This document shows positions 53,901 through 63,784 of a DNA stretch of 64,000 nt, piece by piece. Source of the stretch: a virus; IMG/VR virus record IMGVR_UViG_3300014775_001776, positions 40,711 through 104,710 of that record; one strand, 5' to 3'. Numbering within the stretch: the stretch's first letter is position 1; every line of letters begins with the position of its first letter. A program made the position numbers and the translations under genes. A model generated the notes under the pieces. That model ran no database searches, had not been told where the DNA came from, and saw nothing but the letters and a program-made list of their open reading frames with translations.

Positions 53901-56900
53901 TACACCATCACAGACGGCTGCGGTTACTCCTACAAACACACCTACATCTACGGTAACACCATCATTGACTAGAACTCCAACTAATACTCCAACTGCGTCA
54001 GTAACTGCAACACCTACGAATACTCCTACGAATACGGTTACACCGTCAATCACTCGTACTCCGACAAACACTCCAACTGCGTCTGTAACGGCATCGGTAA
54101 CGCCATCAGTAACTCCAACTGAAACACCAACTAATACACCTACTGCGTCAGTGACTCCGTCACAAACGGCTGCGGTTACTCCGACAAATACTCCTACATC
54201 AACAGTTACTCCATCAATCACTCGTACTCCGACAAACACACCAACGGCATCAGTAACTGCGACACCTACTAATACGCCGACATCAACGGTAACGCCTTCT
54301 ATTACTAGAACCCCGACATATACACCGACTGCTTCAGTAACGGCTTCGGTTACTCCATCTATTACTCCTACTGAAACCCCAACACAGACTCCAACGAATA
54401 CTGTTACTCCGTCTATCACTCCAACTGAAACTCCGACTAACACTCCTACGGCTTCAGTTACACCATCGGTAACTCCAACGGAGACGCCAACGAACACTCC
54501 AACTGCATCTGTTACTCCATCTCAAACTGCGGCAGTTACACCAACAAACACTTCTACTCCGACAAATACTCCTACATCAACTGTAACACCAACACAAACG
54601 GTAACTCCTTCAAATACTGTTACTCCAACATTCACGCCGACAAATACAATAACCCCTACAAACACGGTAACTCCGTCTAATACTGTTACTCCAACATTTA
54701 CTCCAACAGCATCAGTCACCCCATCTGTAACACCAACCGAAACGCCAACTAATACGCCAACCGCATCGGTAACACCATCGGTAACGCCAACTGAGACCCC
54801 AACGAATACTCCAACAGCATCTGTAACACCATCTCAGACTGCAGCGGTTACACCTACTAATACACCAACATCGACTGTAACACCTACTGCGACGGTTACA
54901 CCAACCAATACGGTAACACCTTCAAATACGGTAACTCCGACTTACACTCCAACTAATACGATTACCCCTACAAATACGGTAACTCCATCGAATACCGTGA
55001 CACCTACCTTTACACCTACCGCTTCTGTTACTCCGACAGAAACACCAACTCAAACGCCAACAAATACTCCAACTGCGAGTGTCACTCCTTCTATTACTCC
55101 AACAGAGACACCAACAAATACTCCTACCGCATCTGTTACACCATCTCAGACTGCTCAGGTTACTCCTACGAATACACCGACATCTACGATTACTCCAACG
55201 GTTACTTCATCGGTAACACCAACTGAAACGCCAACACAGACTCCAACTAACACTCCAACTGCGTCAGTGACCCCTTCACAGACAGCCGCAGTTACCCCTA
55301 CGAATACTCCAACATCGACTGTTACACCGACTGCAACTGTAACTCCAACTAATACGGTAACTCCTTCAAATACTGTTACACCAACATACACTCCAACTGC
55401 AACAATTACATCAACACCGACATTTACACCTACATCATCTGTAACCCCATCTGTTACACCGACAGAGACTCCGACTAACACTCCAACCGCAAGTGTTACA
55501 CCATCAGTAACTCCGACAGAAACTCCTACTAATACTCCAACTGCAACAATTACACCAACACAAACAGCAGCAGTTACTCCGACAAATACTCCTACTTCAA
55601 CAGTAACTCCAACCGCGACGGTTACTCCAACAAATACTGTAACTCCATCTAATACGGTAACGCCTACTTACACCCCAACTTCAACAGTTACACCAACGAA
55701 CACGTTGACACCGACAAATACCATCACTCCTACAAATACCCCTACATCATCGGTAACTCCAACCGAAACACCTACTCAAACGCCGACAAATACGCCGACT
55801 GCTTCGGTTACACCTTCTATTACTCCTACTGAAACACCTACAAACACTCCGACTGCCTCTGTTACCCCTTCTGAAACTCCTGGAGTTACACCAACTAACA
55901 CCCCAACGGCAACGATTACTCCAACTCAAACAATCACACCGACAAATACTGTTACTCCGTCTAATACAGTTACACCGACTAATACTCCTACATCATCGGT
56001 AACTCCGACACCAACTGAAACGCCAACTAACACTCCAACGGCAAGTGTTACACCGTCTGTAACCCCAACTGAGACACCTACTCAAACTCCAACAAATACT
56101 CCTACCGCTTCGGTTACTCCAACTCAAACTGCACAGGTAACTCCAACATCTTCTGTTACCCCAACAGAAACACCAACACAAACACCTACAAATACTCCAA
56201 CTGCGAGTATTACTCCGTCTGTTACCCCTACTGAAACACCTACAAACACACCTACTTCAACGATTACCCCAACACAGACAAATACACCTACAAATACGGT
56301 TACACCTTCTAATACTCCTCAGGTAACTCCAACAGTTACTCCTACAAACACGCCAACATCATCAGTTACTCCATCGGTTACCCCAACTGAAACACCGACA
56401 CAGACACCGACATCTACTATTACTCCAACACCTACAAACACACCTACATCTACGTTGACATCCACACCAACAGGAACTCCTGCGGTTACTCCAACATCAA
56501 CTATAACTCCGACTCAAACACCAACAAATACAACTACGGTAACACCTACGAATACGATTACTCCAACTGAGACTCCAACGAATACTCCAACTTCGTCAGT
56601 TACACCAACCCCACCATCATCTCCAACACCTACACCAACTAACACTATTACTCCTACCCAAACGGTAACAACAACCGCTACGGTTACTCCAACAGCGTCT
56701 ATTACTCCATCCGTAACTGCGTCAGTTACGCCAACATTTACACCAACGAGTACGGTTACACCAACTGGAACTCCGGCAGTTACTCCAACGAATACACCAA
56801 CTGAAACTACCACAAATACTCCAACTCCGACAATCACTAGTACCGCAACGGTTACCCCTACATTGACGGCATCACCAACAGGAACACCAGAGGTTACACC

Positions 56901-58629
56901 GACAAATACCCCTACTCAGACTCCTACGTCTTCTGTAACTCCATCGGTAACTCCGACTGAAACGCCAACTAACACTCCAACTGCGAGTGTAACCCCTTCT
57001 ATTACCCCAACTGAAACACCTACACAAACGCCAACTAATACACCAACAGCATCTGTAACTCCATCTGAAACACCATCAGTAACTCCTACGAATACTCCTA
57101 CATCAACGATTACTCCTACTCAAACTATTACCCCAACGAATACTGTAACTCCAACTCAGACGATTACTACTACTCAAACTCAAACACCAACACAGACTCC
57201 AACGAATACTGTAACTCCTTCTATTACTCCAACTAACACACCTACTCAGACATCAACAGTCACTCCAACTGCATCTGTTACACCTTCACAAACCGCCAAT
57301 GTTACCCCAACAAATACACCTACACAAACTCAAACGGTTACTCCTACGGCGTCCATCACTCCATCGATTACACCTTCTGTTACACCTACAGAGACACCAA
57401 CACAAACTCCTACTATTACATCAACTGTAACGGTTACTCCTTCTATTACTCCTACTGAAACTCCAACTGAGACTCCAACTAACACTCCAACTGCGTCAGT
57501 AACACCATCTCAAACACCAGGTGGAACACCAACTAATACGCCTACTCAAACATCAACTCCGACAGCGACAATTACACCAACTCAAACATCAACTGTTACA
57601 CCAACCGAAACCCCAACGAACACTCCGACACCATCGGTTACTCCTTCTATTACACCTTCTGAAACTCCTACTCAAACTCCAACTGCAACAGTTACGCCAA
57701 CAGGTACACCTGGTACTACACCAACAAATACACCAACGTCAACGATTACCCCAACACAAACAGGTACTGTGACTCCAACACCTTCAGTTACGTCATCGGT
57801 AACTCCTTCTAATACTCCAACACAAACTCAAACACCGACAAACACAACAACATCAACACCGACAGGAACACCAGGAACTACTCCAACTGAAACACCAACT
57901 CAGACTCCAACTAATACTCCTACATCATCAGTTGCGGTGACACCTACACCTACTATTACATCAACAGGAACTGCTACCCCTACACCGACCCCAACGGTTA
58001 CACCATCTGAGACTAGTACATTGACAGATTGTTCACTGTATCAGATTGATGTGGCATCGTTGAATCAATTATCAGGAACATTTGAATTGTACTACACTCG
58101 TTGTGAAGATGTAAGTTGTGGTCAGGATAGTATTGTTCACTTAGTGGTGGAAAATGTTGGATTTTCAACTACATTCTGTGCGTTGACAGACTCAGTGGTT
58201 ATCCCTGTGGACTTTACAGGTGGTACATTAACCACTATTTGTACGGGTTGTTGTTCATCACCAGCAGTTACTCCTACTCCAACATTAACACCATCGACAA
58301 GTACAGGAGGTTCAACACCAACGCCAACAATAACCTCAACAGTAACACAAACACCAACTGTGAGTCCATCAATCTCAATTACACCAACAGGTACTCCAAC
58401 ACCAACACCAACAATACCAGCATTCACAGGTGCTTGTGAATGTGTTAGATACATCATCTCAGGAGGTACAGGTTCTTACACTGTTTGGTCAGCTTACTGT
58501 TATGATAGTAGTATGTATGCTACAAATATGCCGGCGGGTGGTTACTATTCAGTATGTGCTTGTAACGGAAGTTTAAGTATAGATAATGGTACATATACTG
58601 TCCTAAACATTGGTGCTGACGATTGTTAA
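50905..58629 (+). CDS. Mucin-like giant protein with N-terminal Hint domain, Cys modules and an approximately 1930-aa Thr/Pro/Ser stalk
   Basis: 2574 aa. [25 protein letters not shown] is Hint block A-like and [19 protein letters not shown] is blocks F/G, ending at 51369. The T/P/S tract spans 52225-58020 and the C-terminal modules are Cys-rich. Confidence 0.85.
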   Translation: MSGFKLGQKVLLSNGSQVEIENIQLGDQLFSFDIPEIVVGKDFRDITFPSIDVENVRTPEVVEVYQNEGNYIQINDLGLIDEYVLAYHKQSKQYQFVHTTDLLVGGYYDMVRYVEGDIVHEEVVSKEIVYSFDPLYNLSLTKPNYYVLDGYIVHNVGYACISPCDPALTQVACIQNVYGFTTGNAFIDNLNVCWEVISVGPCEGCSANVSFIGSVVSTFENCDGCRGGGEPVPFDPENPENPYDIGNAEDPCCVYLIACSDIDPGACAECSYTLNQQYVTINNLTPCPNAGQVVKLDTCDNCCYFIEGVVPNCTPVATCDATVYETCTECCNAAPPESPTPTPTRTPTRTPSPTPTKTPTPTPTPAVDKYLMANCCDENDTIILSVQSGTVIYQGDGVINPLGNNKCYYVVNSSTGTPDAFVDAGSWIEQICDYPECPTCPSPTPTPTKTVTPSPTRTPTNTPTASVTRTPTNTPTNTVTPSITRTPTNTPTASVTRTPTVTPTNTVTPSITRTPTNTPTASVTPSVTASVTPSQTAAVTPTNTPTNTVTPSITRTPTNTPTSSVTPSVTRTPTVTPSITRTPTNTPTSTVTPSITRTPTNTPTPSITPTNTPTPSITPSVTRTPTNTPTSTVTPSITRTPTNTPTPSITPTNTPTNTVTPSITRTPTNTPTSTVTPSITRTPTNTPTPSITPTNTPTNTVTPSITRTPTNTPTSTVTPSITRTPTNTPTASVTPTHTPTNTVTPSITRTPTNTPTASITPSNTVTPTVTPSITRTPTNTPTASVTATPTETPTNTPTNTVTPSITRTPTNTPTASVTPSVTASVTPSQTAAVTPTNTPTNTVTPSITRTPTNTPTSTVTPSITRTPTNTPTASVTPTNTVTPSITRTPTNTPTASVTPSVTASVTPSQTAAVTPTNTPTNTVTPSITRTPTNTPTASVTPSNTVTPSITRTPTYTPTSTVTPSITRTPTNTPTASVTASVTPSVTPTETPTNTPTASVTPSQTAAVTPTNTPTSTVTPSLTRTPTNTPTASVTATPTNTPTNTVTPSITRTPTNTPTASVTASVTPSVTPTETPTNTPTASVTPSQTAAVTPTNTPTSTVTPSITRTPTNTPTASVTATPTNTPTSTVTPSITRTPTYTPTASVTASVTPSITPTETPTQTPTNTVTPSITPTETPTNTPTASVTPSVTPTETPTNTPTASVTPSQTAAVTPTNTSTPTNTPTSTVTPTQTVTPSNTVTPTFTPTNTITPTNTVTPSNTVTPTFTPTASVTPSVTPTETPTNTPTASVTPSVTPTETPTNTPTASVTPSQTAAVTPTNTPTSTVTPTATVTPTNTVTPSNTVTPTYTPTNTITPTNTVTPSNTVTPTFTPTASVTPTETPTQTPTNTPTASVTPSITPTETPTNTPTASVTPSQTAQVTPTNTPTSTITPTVTSSVTPTETPTQTPTNTPTASVTPSQTAAVTPTNTPTSTVTPTATVTPTNTVTPSNTVTPTYTPTATITSTPTFTPTSSVTPSVTPTETPTNTPTASVTPSVTPTETPTNTPTATITPTQTAAVTPTNTPTSTVTPTATVTPTNTVTPSNTVTPTYTPTSTVTPTNTLTPTNTITPTNTPTSSVTPTETPTQTPTNTPTASVTPSITPTETPTNTPTASVTPSETPGVTPTNTPTATITPTQTITPTNTVTPSNTVTPTNTPTSSVTPTPTETPTNTPTASVTPSVTPTETPTQTPTNTPTASVTPTQTAQVTPTSSVTPTETPTQTPTNTPTASITPSVTPTETPTNTPTSTITPTQTNTPTNTVTPSNTPQVTPTVTPTNTPTSSVTPSVTPTETPTQTPTSTITPTPTNTPTSTLTSTPTGTPAVTPTSTITPTQTPTNTTTVTPTNTITPTETPTNTPTSSVTPTPPSSPTPTPTNTITPTQTVTTTATVTPTASITPSVTASVTPTFTPTSTVTPTGTPAVTPTNTPTETTTNTPTPTITSTATVTPTLTASPTGTPEVTPTNTPTQTPTSSVTPSVTPTETPTNTPTASVTPSITPTETPTQTPTNTPTASVTPSETPSVTPTNTPTSTITPTQTITPTNTVTPTQTITTTQTQTPTQTPTNTVTPSITPTNTPTQTSTVTPTASVTPSQTANVTPTNTPTQTQTVTPTASITPSITPSVTPTETPTQTPTITSTVTVTPSITPTETPTETPTNTPTASVTPSQTPGGTPTNTPTQTSTPTATITPTQTSTVTPTETPTNTPTPSVTPSITPSETPTQTPTATVTPTGTPGTTPTNTPTSTITPTQTGTVTPTPSVTSSVTPSNTPTQTQTPTNTTTSTPTGTPGTTPTETPTQTPTNTPTSSVAVTPTPTITSTGTATPTPTPTVTPSETSTLTDCSLYQIDVASLNQLSGTFELYYTRCEDVSCGQDSIVHLVVENVGFSTTFCALTDSVVIPVDFTGGTLTTICTGCCSSPAVTPTPTLTPSTSTGGSTPTPTITSTVTQTPTVSPSISITPTGTPTPTPTIPAFTGACECVRYIISGGTGSYTVWSAYCYDSSMYATNMPAGGYYSVCACNGSLSIDNGTYTVLNIGADDC
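52225..58020 (+). repeat. Degenerate coding repeat array (TPTNTPTxxVTPSITR, TPSQTAAV and TPTETP units)
   Basis: About 1930 codons almost entirely T, P, S, V, N, A, I, Q, E and R; the peptide units recur many times with scrambled synonymous codons. Confidence 0.92.
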
Positions 58630-58659
58630 CACTTTATATGGGTAAAAAAAGGATTAAGA

Positions 58660-58667
58660 TATTTATA
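58660..58667 (+). promoter_or_regulatory. TATTTATA motif, putative late promoter
   Basis: Intergenic, 14 nt before the ATG at 58682. Confidence 0.55.
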
Positions 58668-58681
58668 AACAAATAGAATAA

Positions 58682-59557
58682 ATGCCGTCAGGTTCAGTTA
58701 CATATAAAATCTTTGAAGAGACCTTCTCGTGTAATACAGTTAAGAAATTAGTTGATTGTACGAGTGGTGACGTATATTACACTGCCGACCCTCTATCATA
58801 TACTGGTACATCATTGACAACCGGTCAGACATTTAGTGTTAAAATGGTTGGTCCTTCAGGGTACTATTCTAAGTGTGTTACTTATACTGAAGATATTGTA
58901 GGTTCATCAAACGTATCGGTACAATCCGTATTGGAATTATTTGCGTCTTGTACAAGTTGTGGATTTACACCTACACCAACGGTAACTCCAACAATTACAC
59001 CGACACCTTCAGTCACTCCATCTGTGACACCTACTCCGTCACCATCAGGTAACTTAGTCTATGTGTTTACTGCATGTACAGGTACACAAAGAGCCATTAT
59101 TCAACCATCATCGGTATCAGGTGTTGCCGTAGGTAACTCAATTGAATATAATAATGAATGTTGGACATATATTGGTCCTAAAACATCACCATATAACCCA
59201 CCTGCTGGATTTATTTCATCAAACATGGGTACTAACGTATTTGGTACACCTTCAGAGGTGTTTAGTAACTGTTCAGCATGTGTTAACCAACCTACACCAA
59301 CACCAGCGTATAGAGCACATACAGTTCAATGGGCATGGACACACCAATGTCCTGTTTGTAACTTAGTTGGTACAACAACAACTGTTTATACTGAGTATCA
59401 GTACACAAGTTTGAATGGAGGTATTAATATTTACAGTAATACCGCATTAACAATACCATTTGGACCTGGTAGAATGGTTAAAGATAGTCAGAATGTTTAT
59501 AGTGTAGGTTCAGGTGGATTAATAACATTAGAATGTGTAATAGGAGGAGGATGTTAA
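58682..59557 (+). CDS. Small structural protein with two 4-Cys variants of the Cys module and a Thr-Pro linker
   Basis: LVDCTSG..SKCVTY..CTSC and FTACTG..NECWTY..CSAC modules; 291 aa. Confidence 0.72.
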   Translation: MPSGSVTYKIFEETFSCNTVKKLVDCTSGDVYYTADPLSYTGTSLTTGQTFSVKMVGPSGYYSKCVTYTEDIVGSSNVSVQSVLELFASCTSCGFTPTPTVTPTITPTPSVTPSVTPTPSPSGNLVYVFTACTGTQRAIIQPSSVSGVAVGNSIEYNNECWTYIGPKTSPYNPPAGFISSNMGTNVFGTPSEVFSNCSACVNQPTPTPAYRAHTVQWAWTHQCPVCNLVGTTTTVYTEYQYTSLNGGINIYSNTALTIPFGPGRMVKDSQNVYSVGSGGLITLECVIGGGC

Positions 59558-59558
59558 G

Positions 59559-60947
59559 ATGAGTAGTTATACGGCAAATACAAACAGTTGTGGTATCAAA
59601 ACCATTTTCCCGATGGGTATAATTACCTTTGTTGAGGAACCATCAACTCCAACATCAGCTGATGGAACAATCGCCTTATTCATTAGTGGTGGTACTCCAC
59701 CATATTCTATTTTATGGTCTAACGGTCAAACAAACACACAATTTTTAAGTGGTGTATCTGCTGGTGATTATAGTGTGACTGTAACAGATTATTATGGTGA
59801 TTATACTGATAGTGAATCTGTTGTTATTTCTGGTGTTCCTGTAACTCCGTCCGCAACACCGACACCAACACCATCTCCAACACCATCTCCAACATATTCA
59901 GATTATATGTGTATGACATTGAACCAATCACCATATACTCAATATGAATTCGGATATCAGGGTATTATCAATGGTAAACCATCATGGAGTGGTACTTCAT
60001 TTGATATGGTTTATGATTCTGCTGATACTCGTTGGGAAATCTCTGGTTGGACAGGAACAGGAGAGGTTGTTAAGTATACTACAATTACAACACCAACAGG
60101 TACTTGGAATCAGTTGGGAACTGACTATAGTTGGAGTGTTGCTACAGGACAATGTACTAGCCAACCATTAGCGTTGATTTTAAATACGACTAATGAAACT
60201 TGTTCAGGATTGAATAATGGTACACTTACGGTATCAGTAACGAATGGTACTACACCTTATACTTACTCAATCAATGGTGGGGCAACACAGGCTTCTAATT
60301 TCTTTAGTAGTATTCCTCCTGGAAATAGTTACGTAACTGTGGTAGATGCATCGGCCAATACTGTAACTGAAAACTTCACAATTAATGCCGGTCCATTGTC
60401 ACAAACATATTCAGTTCAATTTACTCAAACAATTACATCTGGTTTAATTACACAAACACAGGCTAGTAAAACAATGGTATGGACGGCATCTATAACACCT
60501 ACATTACCAACAGGTGCATCGGTAACCTTTAATATTAACTTTAACCACGTTGAAACTGATAATTGGGTTGACTTAGGAAGTATGTATCAAAATGCTTCGT
60601 TTGTATCGGCATCTACAATCAGTGCTGTAGGTAGTGCGGTAGTTAACTCAACAACACAAAGTGCAACTGTTAATGGTTCGACTACATCATCTTGTGGTGG
60701 TCAGTCAGGGGTAACTCATTCTACTGTTTATAATGTAACATTGAGTGGAGGTTATGTTACGGGTACCATCAATTCAACGGTATTGAATGATGCATCTGAG
60801 AATCCAAGTTGTCCTGTGTATGGAACAGTAAGTGATAGTTTGGGTATTAGCGGAGCGGGTATTAATGGAACTACCTGTGGTAACGTAAGTCAGACAGTAA
60901 CACCAATAACAATGAGTACAACAACAAATCCATTTTTATTAACATAA
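59559..60947 (+). CDS. SprB-repeat-containing structural protein
   Basis: ADGTIALFISGGTPPYSILWSNG...AGDYSVTVTD and NETCSGLNNGTLTVSVTNGTTPYTYSING; short PT linker; 462 aa. Confidence 0.78.
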   Translation: MSSYTANTNSCGIKTIFPMGIITFVEEPSTPTSADGTIALFISGGTPPYSILWSNGQTNTQFLSGVSAGDYSVTVTDYYGDYTDSESVVISGVPVTPSATPTPTPSPTPSPTYSDYMCMTLNQSPYTQYEFGYQGIINGKPSWSGTSFDMVYDSADTRWEISGWTGTGEVVKYTTITTPTGTWNQLGTDYSWSVATGQCTSQPLALILNTTNETCSGLNNGTLTVSVTNGTTPYTYSINGGATQASNFFSSIPPGNSYVTVVDASANTVTENFTINAGPLSQTYSVQFTQTITSGLITQTQASKTMVWTASITPTLPTGASVTFNINFNHVETDNWVDLGSMYQNASFVSASTISAVGSAVVNSTTQSATVNGSTTSSCGGQSGVTHSTVYNVTLSGGYVTGTINSTVLNDASENPSCPVYGTVSDSLGISGAGINGTTCGNVSQTVTPITMSTTTNPFLLT

Positions 60948-60961
60948 AGTAATTAATAAAG

Positions 60962-60968
60962 TATTTAT
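60962..60968 (+). promoter_or_regulatory. TATTTAT motif, putative late promoter
   Basis: 6 nt before the ATG at 60975. Confidence 0.55.
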
Positions 60969-60974
60969 CATCAT

Positions 60975-63176
60975 ATGGCATACATTTTAAAAAATACCTC
61001 AGGTTTATTAAATACGGTCCTAACAGATGCGGGTCGTAGAGCAATGTCTCGTGGACTATTTAATATTTCTTACTTCCAAGTAGGGGATAGTGAGGTATGT
61101 TACGATTGTATTGAAAACGCCGACCTTTCTACCTTAAACGTTTTGGCTCCTGAATATAACGCTCAAAACAAAACAGCCGTTCCACAAAAAAATAAGATGC
61201 ATGTAAAGTATCCGTTGTTTGTGGATTCTACATCAGGTTCAACATGGGGTATTCCATTCTCAAATCCATCTGTTGATGATATTTTTAATTCTGCCGCTCC
61301 TCGTGGATTTTTCACGGGTAATACAGGTTCGTTTAGTGCATTCACTTCATCGTCTTATACTAAATCGTCTAATTGGGTTGTAGACATTGCCACTTTATCC
61401 TCAGGTAATTCAATGACACTAACATACGATGCATGTAGTACTTCTTTCAGTGCAGATACACAAGCGGGTGACTATGTTGGTTTATGGTTAGATGGTACTG
61501 GTGATTGTGGAGATTGGACAGGTAGTTTCCCAATGTTGATGTATAGAGTTGAATCAATTGTTGGTAGTACAACAGGTACATCAGGTAGTATTACAGTTGA
61601 AGTTGATAGAAACTTACCTGACTTCAGTTCTATGGGTTTTGCTGGTAGTGCAAGAGCATATTTCTTCCCATCAAATATGGATGTGATTTATGATAACAGC
61701 ACTCCATTGACTTATGACCAAATTCAAGATTTAAATTTTGATAGTAATTGTGTGACAGGTAATGATGTTGATGTATGGAATATGAATATTCCGTGGACTG
61801 AGTCACCTGCAGGTTATACGGTAAACGATATGGGTTATAACTACTTTGGTTCAACAGGATATACGGGTTCTAAAGAATATTTTGGTTATAACAGTACAGG
61901 TGGTACTTACGATACTGATTCAACTTATTATTATAACTCAGTAGATGAAAAGGTAACTGTTTCACCTAAGGACCAAAAAGCCATCGCAATTATTCACTAT
62001 ACTAACAATGCAATAGACAACTATTATGGTGAGAAATTTGCACAAGAAATCTATGACTCTGCAAATCCTGGTCAAACAGGTCAAGCAAGAAACTTTAGAT
62101 TAGATATTCCATGGTTGATGTGGCACAAGACTACAGGCACAACAATGGGAGAATCATTCTACACTGACCCTGCGGGTTTTGATGGTAAAAACTTATTCCA
62201 AGTTTACTACATTGAGTCTACTAAAAATGATAATATGGATGACCCAGGTTTGAGATATTATCACCTATGGGACACTAATCCAAATGCGAATGGTATTCCA
62301 AACAGAGTGGGTAAAGTATTCCCTGACTTAAAGACCGTTGTTATTGATGATGAAGAATTGGTTGCGGCGTTAAGTTATAAGTCTAACAGAAACTGGACAT
62401 TACCGGCACCTAAGTTAGGATTAATCACACCTAATACTTTAGGTGATGTAATTTGTTCAGACGAAGGTTTATTATCGGGAGACACTCAAAACTTATGGGT
62501 TACTTACCGTTTCAACAATTCTGCATTTACTGATTCATTACATTGTAACTATTACACTAGAATTCAGGGTAAAGCGGCAACATGTGATACAGGTACCTTC
62601 AACGTAACTATGAAATTCGGTGGTGAGTTCCCATTCTTAAACTCTTCACCATCAGGTGTACCATCAGGATTCTCTGCTAATGATTTTGTTGTACTAGCTC
62701 AGAAAACAACAGGTGATACTCGTCCTGATGCTGCTAGTTGGATTGAAGTAACAGGTATTACCGAACAACTCCAATCAACTTATGTTGGTGGTTATGTTAC
62801 CGCAACAGGATTAACAAATACTACCTTACAAATTACATTGGACAGTTACACAGGTGGTACAAGTTATGTGTTGGAAGATTACATTGACTTACCACAAACA
62901 GGTGACACTCAAATGAACTTTGGTAATGAGTACTTCTTCTATGGGTCTATCAGAACAGACATCCAAGCCTCAATTTATGTAATGAACTATCAAGTCAATC
63001 TCGGACAGGTACAATTTATGGATAGTTCAAACCCAACGTGGAACAATGCGATTCCTCCATACGTTACAGAAGTTGGACTTTACGATTCTAACAAAGACCT
63101 TATGATTATTACTAAGGTACAAGCACCTGAGAAAAGACAAGGTGTACAACAGTACTCGATAAAGTTAGACTTCTAA
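60975..63176 (+). CDS. Tail-collar/baseplate fibre-attachment-like protein
   Basis: N-terminal VLTDAGRRAM...ISYFQVGD and C-terminal VTEVGLYDSNKDLMIITK...K resemble the two ends of the phage tail-collar fibre (DUF3751-type) domain; 733 aa. Confidence 0.6.
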   Translation: MAYILKNTSGLLNTVLTDAGRRAMSRGLFNISYFQVGDSEVCYDCIENADLSTLNVLAPEYNAQNKTAVPQKNKMHVKYPLFVDSTSGSTWGIPFSNPSVDDIFNSAAPRGFFTGNTGSFSAFTSSSYTKSSNWVVDIATLSSGNSMTLTYDACSTSFSADTQAGDYVGLWLDGTGDCGDWTGSFPMLMYRVESIVGSTTGTSGSITVEVDRNLPDFSSMGFAGSARAYFFPSNMDVIYDNSTPLTYDQIQDLNFDSNCVTGNDVDVWNMNIPWTESPAGYTVNDMGYNYFGSTGYTGSKEYFGYNSTGGTYDTDSTYYYNSVDEKVTVSPKDQKAIAIIHYTNNAIDNYYGEKFAQEIYDSANPGQTGQARNFRLDIPWLMWHKTTGTTMGESFYTDPAGFDGKNLFQVYYIESTKNDNMDDPGLRYYHLWDTNPNANGIPNRVGKVFPDLKTVVIDDEELVAALSYKSNRNWTLPAPKLGLITPNTLGDVICSDEGLLSGDTQNLWVTYRFNNSAFTDSLHCNYYTRIQGKAATCDTGTFNVTMKFGGEFPFLNSSPSGVPSGFSANDFVVLAQKTTGDTRPDAASWIEVTGITEQLQSTYVGGYVTATGLTNTTLQITLDSYTGGTSYVLEDYIDLPQTGDTQMNFGNEYFFYGSIRTDIQASIYVMNYQVNLGQVQFMDSSNPTWNNAIPPYVTEVGLYDSNKDLMIITKVQAPEKRQGVQQYSIKLDF

Positions 63177-63184
63177 GAAGATAT

Positions 63185-63784
63185 ATGGCAAAAAATTTAA
63201 AGAATACTCCAAAGGTATTGGGGTTAGATATTTCAACCAAAACTATTGGTTGGTCACTATTCGATATTCAAACACAAAAATTATTGGAATTAACTCACGT
63301 TTCACCTGTGATTAAACCTAAACCTGAAGATAAGGTTGAGGAGTTATTGGGTAAGGTTGATGCGTTCGAGGAGAAGTTATCAGAATACAAAGACTTCGGT
63401 ATTACCAAAGTCATTATTGAGGAACCATTATTAAACTCTAATAACGTATGGACCGTTGGTACTCTATTGAGATACAACTCAATGATTACAAAGTCTATCT
63501 ATGATATTTTAGGGGTTGTGCCACACTATATTTCAACATATAACTCACGTAAATTTGCTTGGCCAGAATTCGTTCAGGATAATGGTAAAGGAAAGAAAGT
63601 ATTGTTTGGTGGATTACCAAAAGATATTGATAAGAAAGAGTTGATTTGGCAAAAAGTTTCAGAGGCAGAACCACAAATCGTTTGGTTGTATACACGTAAC
63701 AACACATTGAAGAAAGAATGTTACGACCAAGCAGATGCATACACTTGTGTTCAGGGTTATATGAAGCAAGAAGGTTTGTGGTAA
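63185..63784 (+). CDS. ruvC: RuvC-like Holliday junction resolvase
   Basis: VLGLDISTKTIGWS, VIIEEP and DQADAY supply the RuvC acidic residues; 199 aa. Confidence 0.8.
   Translation: MAKNLKNTPKVLGLDISTKTIGWSLFDIQTQKLLELTHVSPVIKPKPEDKVEELLGKVDAFEEKLSEYKDFGITKVIIEEPLLNSNNVWTVGTLLRYNSMITKSIYDILGVVPHYISTYNSRKFAWPEFVQDNGKGKKVLFGGLPKDIDKKELIWQKVSEAEPQIVWLYTRNNTLKKECYDQADAYTCVQGYMKQEGLW

Noticed and set aside
52225-58020. Possible CRISPR array or non-coding satellite
   Set aside because: There is no constant DNA repeat with unique spacers; the repetition is at the peptide level within an open frame.
52225-58020. Ice-binding or antifreeze TxT beta-helix
   Set aside because: The Thr dyad resembles TxT ladders, but the very high Pro content is incompatible with a beta-solenoid and no fixed coil length is evident. 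A glycosylated antifreeze-glycoprotein-like effect cannot be excluded.
52203-58457. Minus-strand Val/Gly-rich ORFs (for example 52203-53069 and 53766-54497; also 43608-44885, 26667-26924 and 19497-19805)
   Set aside because: They are antisense shadows of ACN/CCN (Thr/Pro) codon runs, which rarely produce stops on the other strand. They have no start context and overlap long + strand genes completely.
16699-60947. Diversity-generating retroelement acting on the fibre tips
   Set aside because: I saw no reverse transcriptase and no template/variable repeat pair differing only at adenines.
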